DNA of 64,000 nt from Eledone cirrhosa (taxonomy: Eukaryota): contig CAXHJY010000127.1 of NCBI GenBank assembly GCA_964016885.1, positions 1 to 64,000 of the forward strand. Reading direction: 5' to 3'. The notes under the pieces are model-generated. The model was given only the letters and a program-made list of their open reading frames with translations. It was not told the origin of the DNA and did not search any database. Each line of letters starts with the position of its first letter. The first letter of the stretch is position 1. Positions 60,204 through 64,000 of the stretch are shown in pieces. A program made the translations under genes and the position numbers.

Positions 60204-60473
60204 TAAAGAAGAGTGACATGGTTTGCTATACAATAAGGGCTTTATTCAGATTGCTGACAATTGTTTCTCTGAACTGGTAGGTCTAGAGATCGCTACCCGC
60301 CTGTTTCTCGCATGCTCTGATGAATTGACTGGTTATAACAAAGTATTGGTGATCGATTGACGCAGAAACAGGCGGGTAGCGATCTCTAGACCTACCAGTT
60401 CAGAGAAACAATTGTCAGTAATGTGAATAAAGCCCTTATTCTACAGCCAACCGTGTCACTCTTCTTTCTTGAT
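60201..60473. repeat. Inverted repeat (60201-60308 / 60364-60473) enclosing a hammerhead-like motif (+, 60311-60419)
   Basis: gct-CTGATGA-attgactgg..ccagttcaga-GAAA-caattg-TC-agt, where stem II is imperfect. Confidence 0.75.
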
Positions 60474-60666
60474 TTATCATTACTCCAAGTGTAAACTACA
60501 TAGAAATCATCGCGTACTCGCAGCATCACTATGGAAACGTCTTGTTGAGTCAAACTTAGCCAAGCGTTAATACTATCCACTACTCGGAGTACCCTAACTG
60601 GACTACATCTAAGTGGACTACCTATAACAATATATACATGCATATATATATATATATATATATATG

Positions 60667-61100
60667 TTGTTATACTTGGGGAGGGTCATATTTGTGTAAT
60701 ATTGCCAGAATTAATAACAGAACACACTCACTGTTTGGTTGGTTTTCGCTTTTCGCTTCTGTGTCTTTTATATCGGTAATCTAATATATTCGGTCCTCAA
60801 TGTTGCCATTGACTGACCAACGGTCAAAAATAATACAGATACAATATAGACACAAACACATCTATATAGTTTGTCATAAATCTTTCGTTGCACATCTGCA
60901 ACATCGGTCAGTCAATGGCAACATTGAGGACCGAATAAATTAGATTACCGATATAAAAGACACAGAAGCGAAAAGCGAAAACCAACCAAACAGTGAGTGT
61001 GTTCTGTTATTAATTCTGGCAATATTACACAATTATGACCCTCCCCAAGTATAACAATATTTGTTTCGACACACGATTTCATATAAAAAAACCTCGCAAA
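60667..61100. mobile_element. Family D fold-back: ~150-bp arms (60667-60818 / 60906-61055)
   Basis: Near-perfect reverse-complement arms, homologous to 19557-19930 and ~57280-57348. Confidence 0.85.
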
Positions 61101-61201
61101 ACTAATTCATCGCCGTTATATATATATGCATGTATATATATACATATACACACACAGATATATAGATTTATAGAGAGAGACGGAGATAGAAGTGTATGTA
61201 G

Positions 61202-63749
<2,548 letters not shown>

Positions 63750-63751
<2 letters not shown>

Positions 63752-64000
63752 ATACTCTTGACTTGACAATTGATGTAATTGGTCTAAGTTTGGTAATGTT
63801 GAGCCGCTCACTGATACAGATACGGTCGCTGAGCCGCTTGTCAGTCATAAGTCTCATGATATGGTTCTGGAATGTAGAGAGCTTCTGAAGTGACCTTGTC
63901 GTCCAGTTAACACAGTCAAGACCGTATAACACAACTGGTATGATGTATGTATCAAAGATCTTAGCCTTCAAATGATAGGAAACTCGTTTTGGTGTTAGTA
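63750..64000 (-). pseudogene. RTE-like LINE fragment (region C-terminal to RT core)
   Basis: KAKIFDTYIIPVVLYGLDCVNWT..LQKLSTFQNHIMR..DRI.ISE.L resembles the post-RT region of RTE ORFs. It is cut off at the satellite edge. Confidence 0.75.

Overview
This is eukaryotic, extremely microsatellite-rich DNA. The SINE families and simple-repeat style resemble cephalopod (Octopus-like) genomes, which is an inference I could not check by search. Nearly all ORFs in the track are translations of simple repeats. The supportable content is: three decayed LINE fragments (R4/Dong-like with CCHC and RLE motifs, CR1/L2-like, RTE-like), tRNA-derived SINEs, a ~600-bp RTE-derived non-autonomous element (5 close copies), a non-autonomous Helitron, three satellites (~31 bp; 34 bp switching to 51 bp; 108 bp with a ~1.19-kb higher-order duplication) and several short candidate exons of a possible minus-strand membrane-protein gene. 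The main hidden signal is a dense set of minimal type I hammerhead ribozyme (HHR) motifs: about 16 with an intact CUGANGA/GAAA/NUH core plus about 6 variants, from several sequence families. They sit in short non-coding islands inside (TA)n tracts and are often folded back into palindromes, consistent with Penelope-like element (PLE) pseudo-LTR or retrozyme-type remnants. All structures were paired by eye, and no folding or database search was run.
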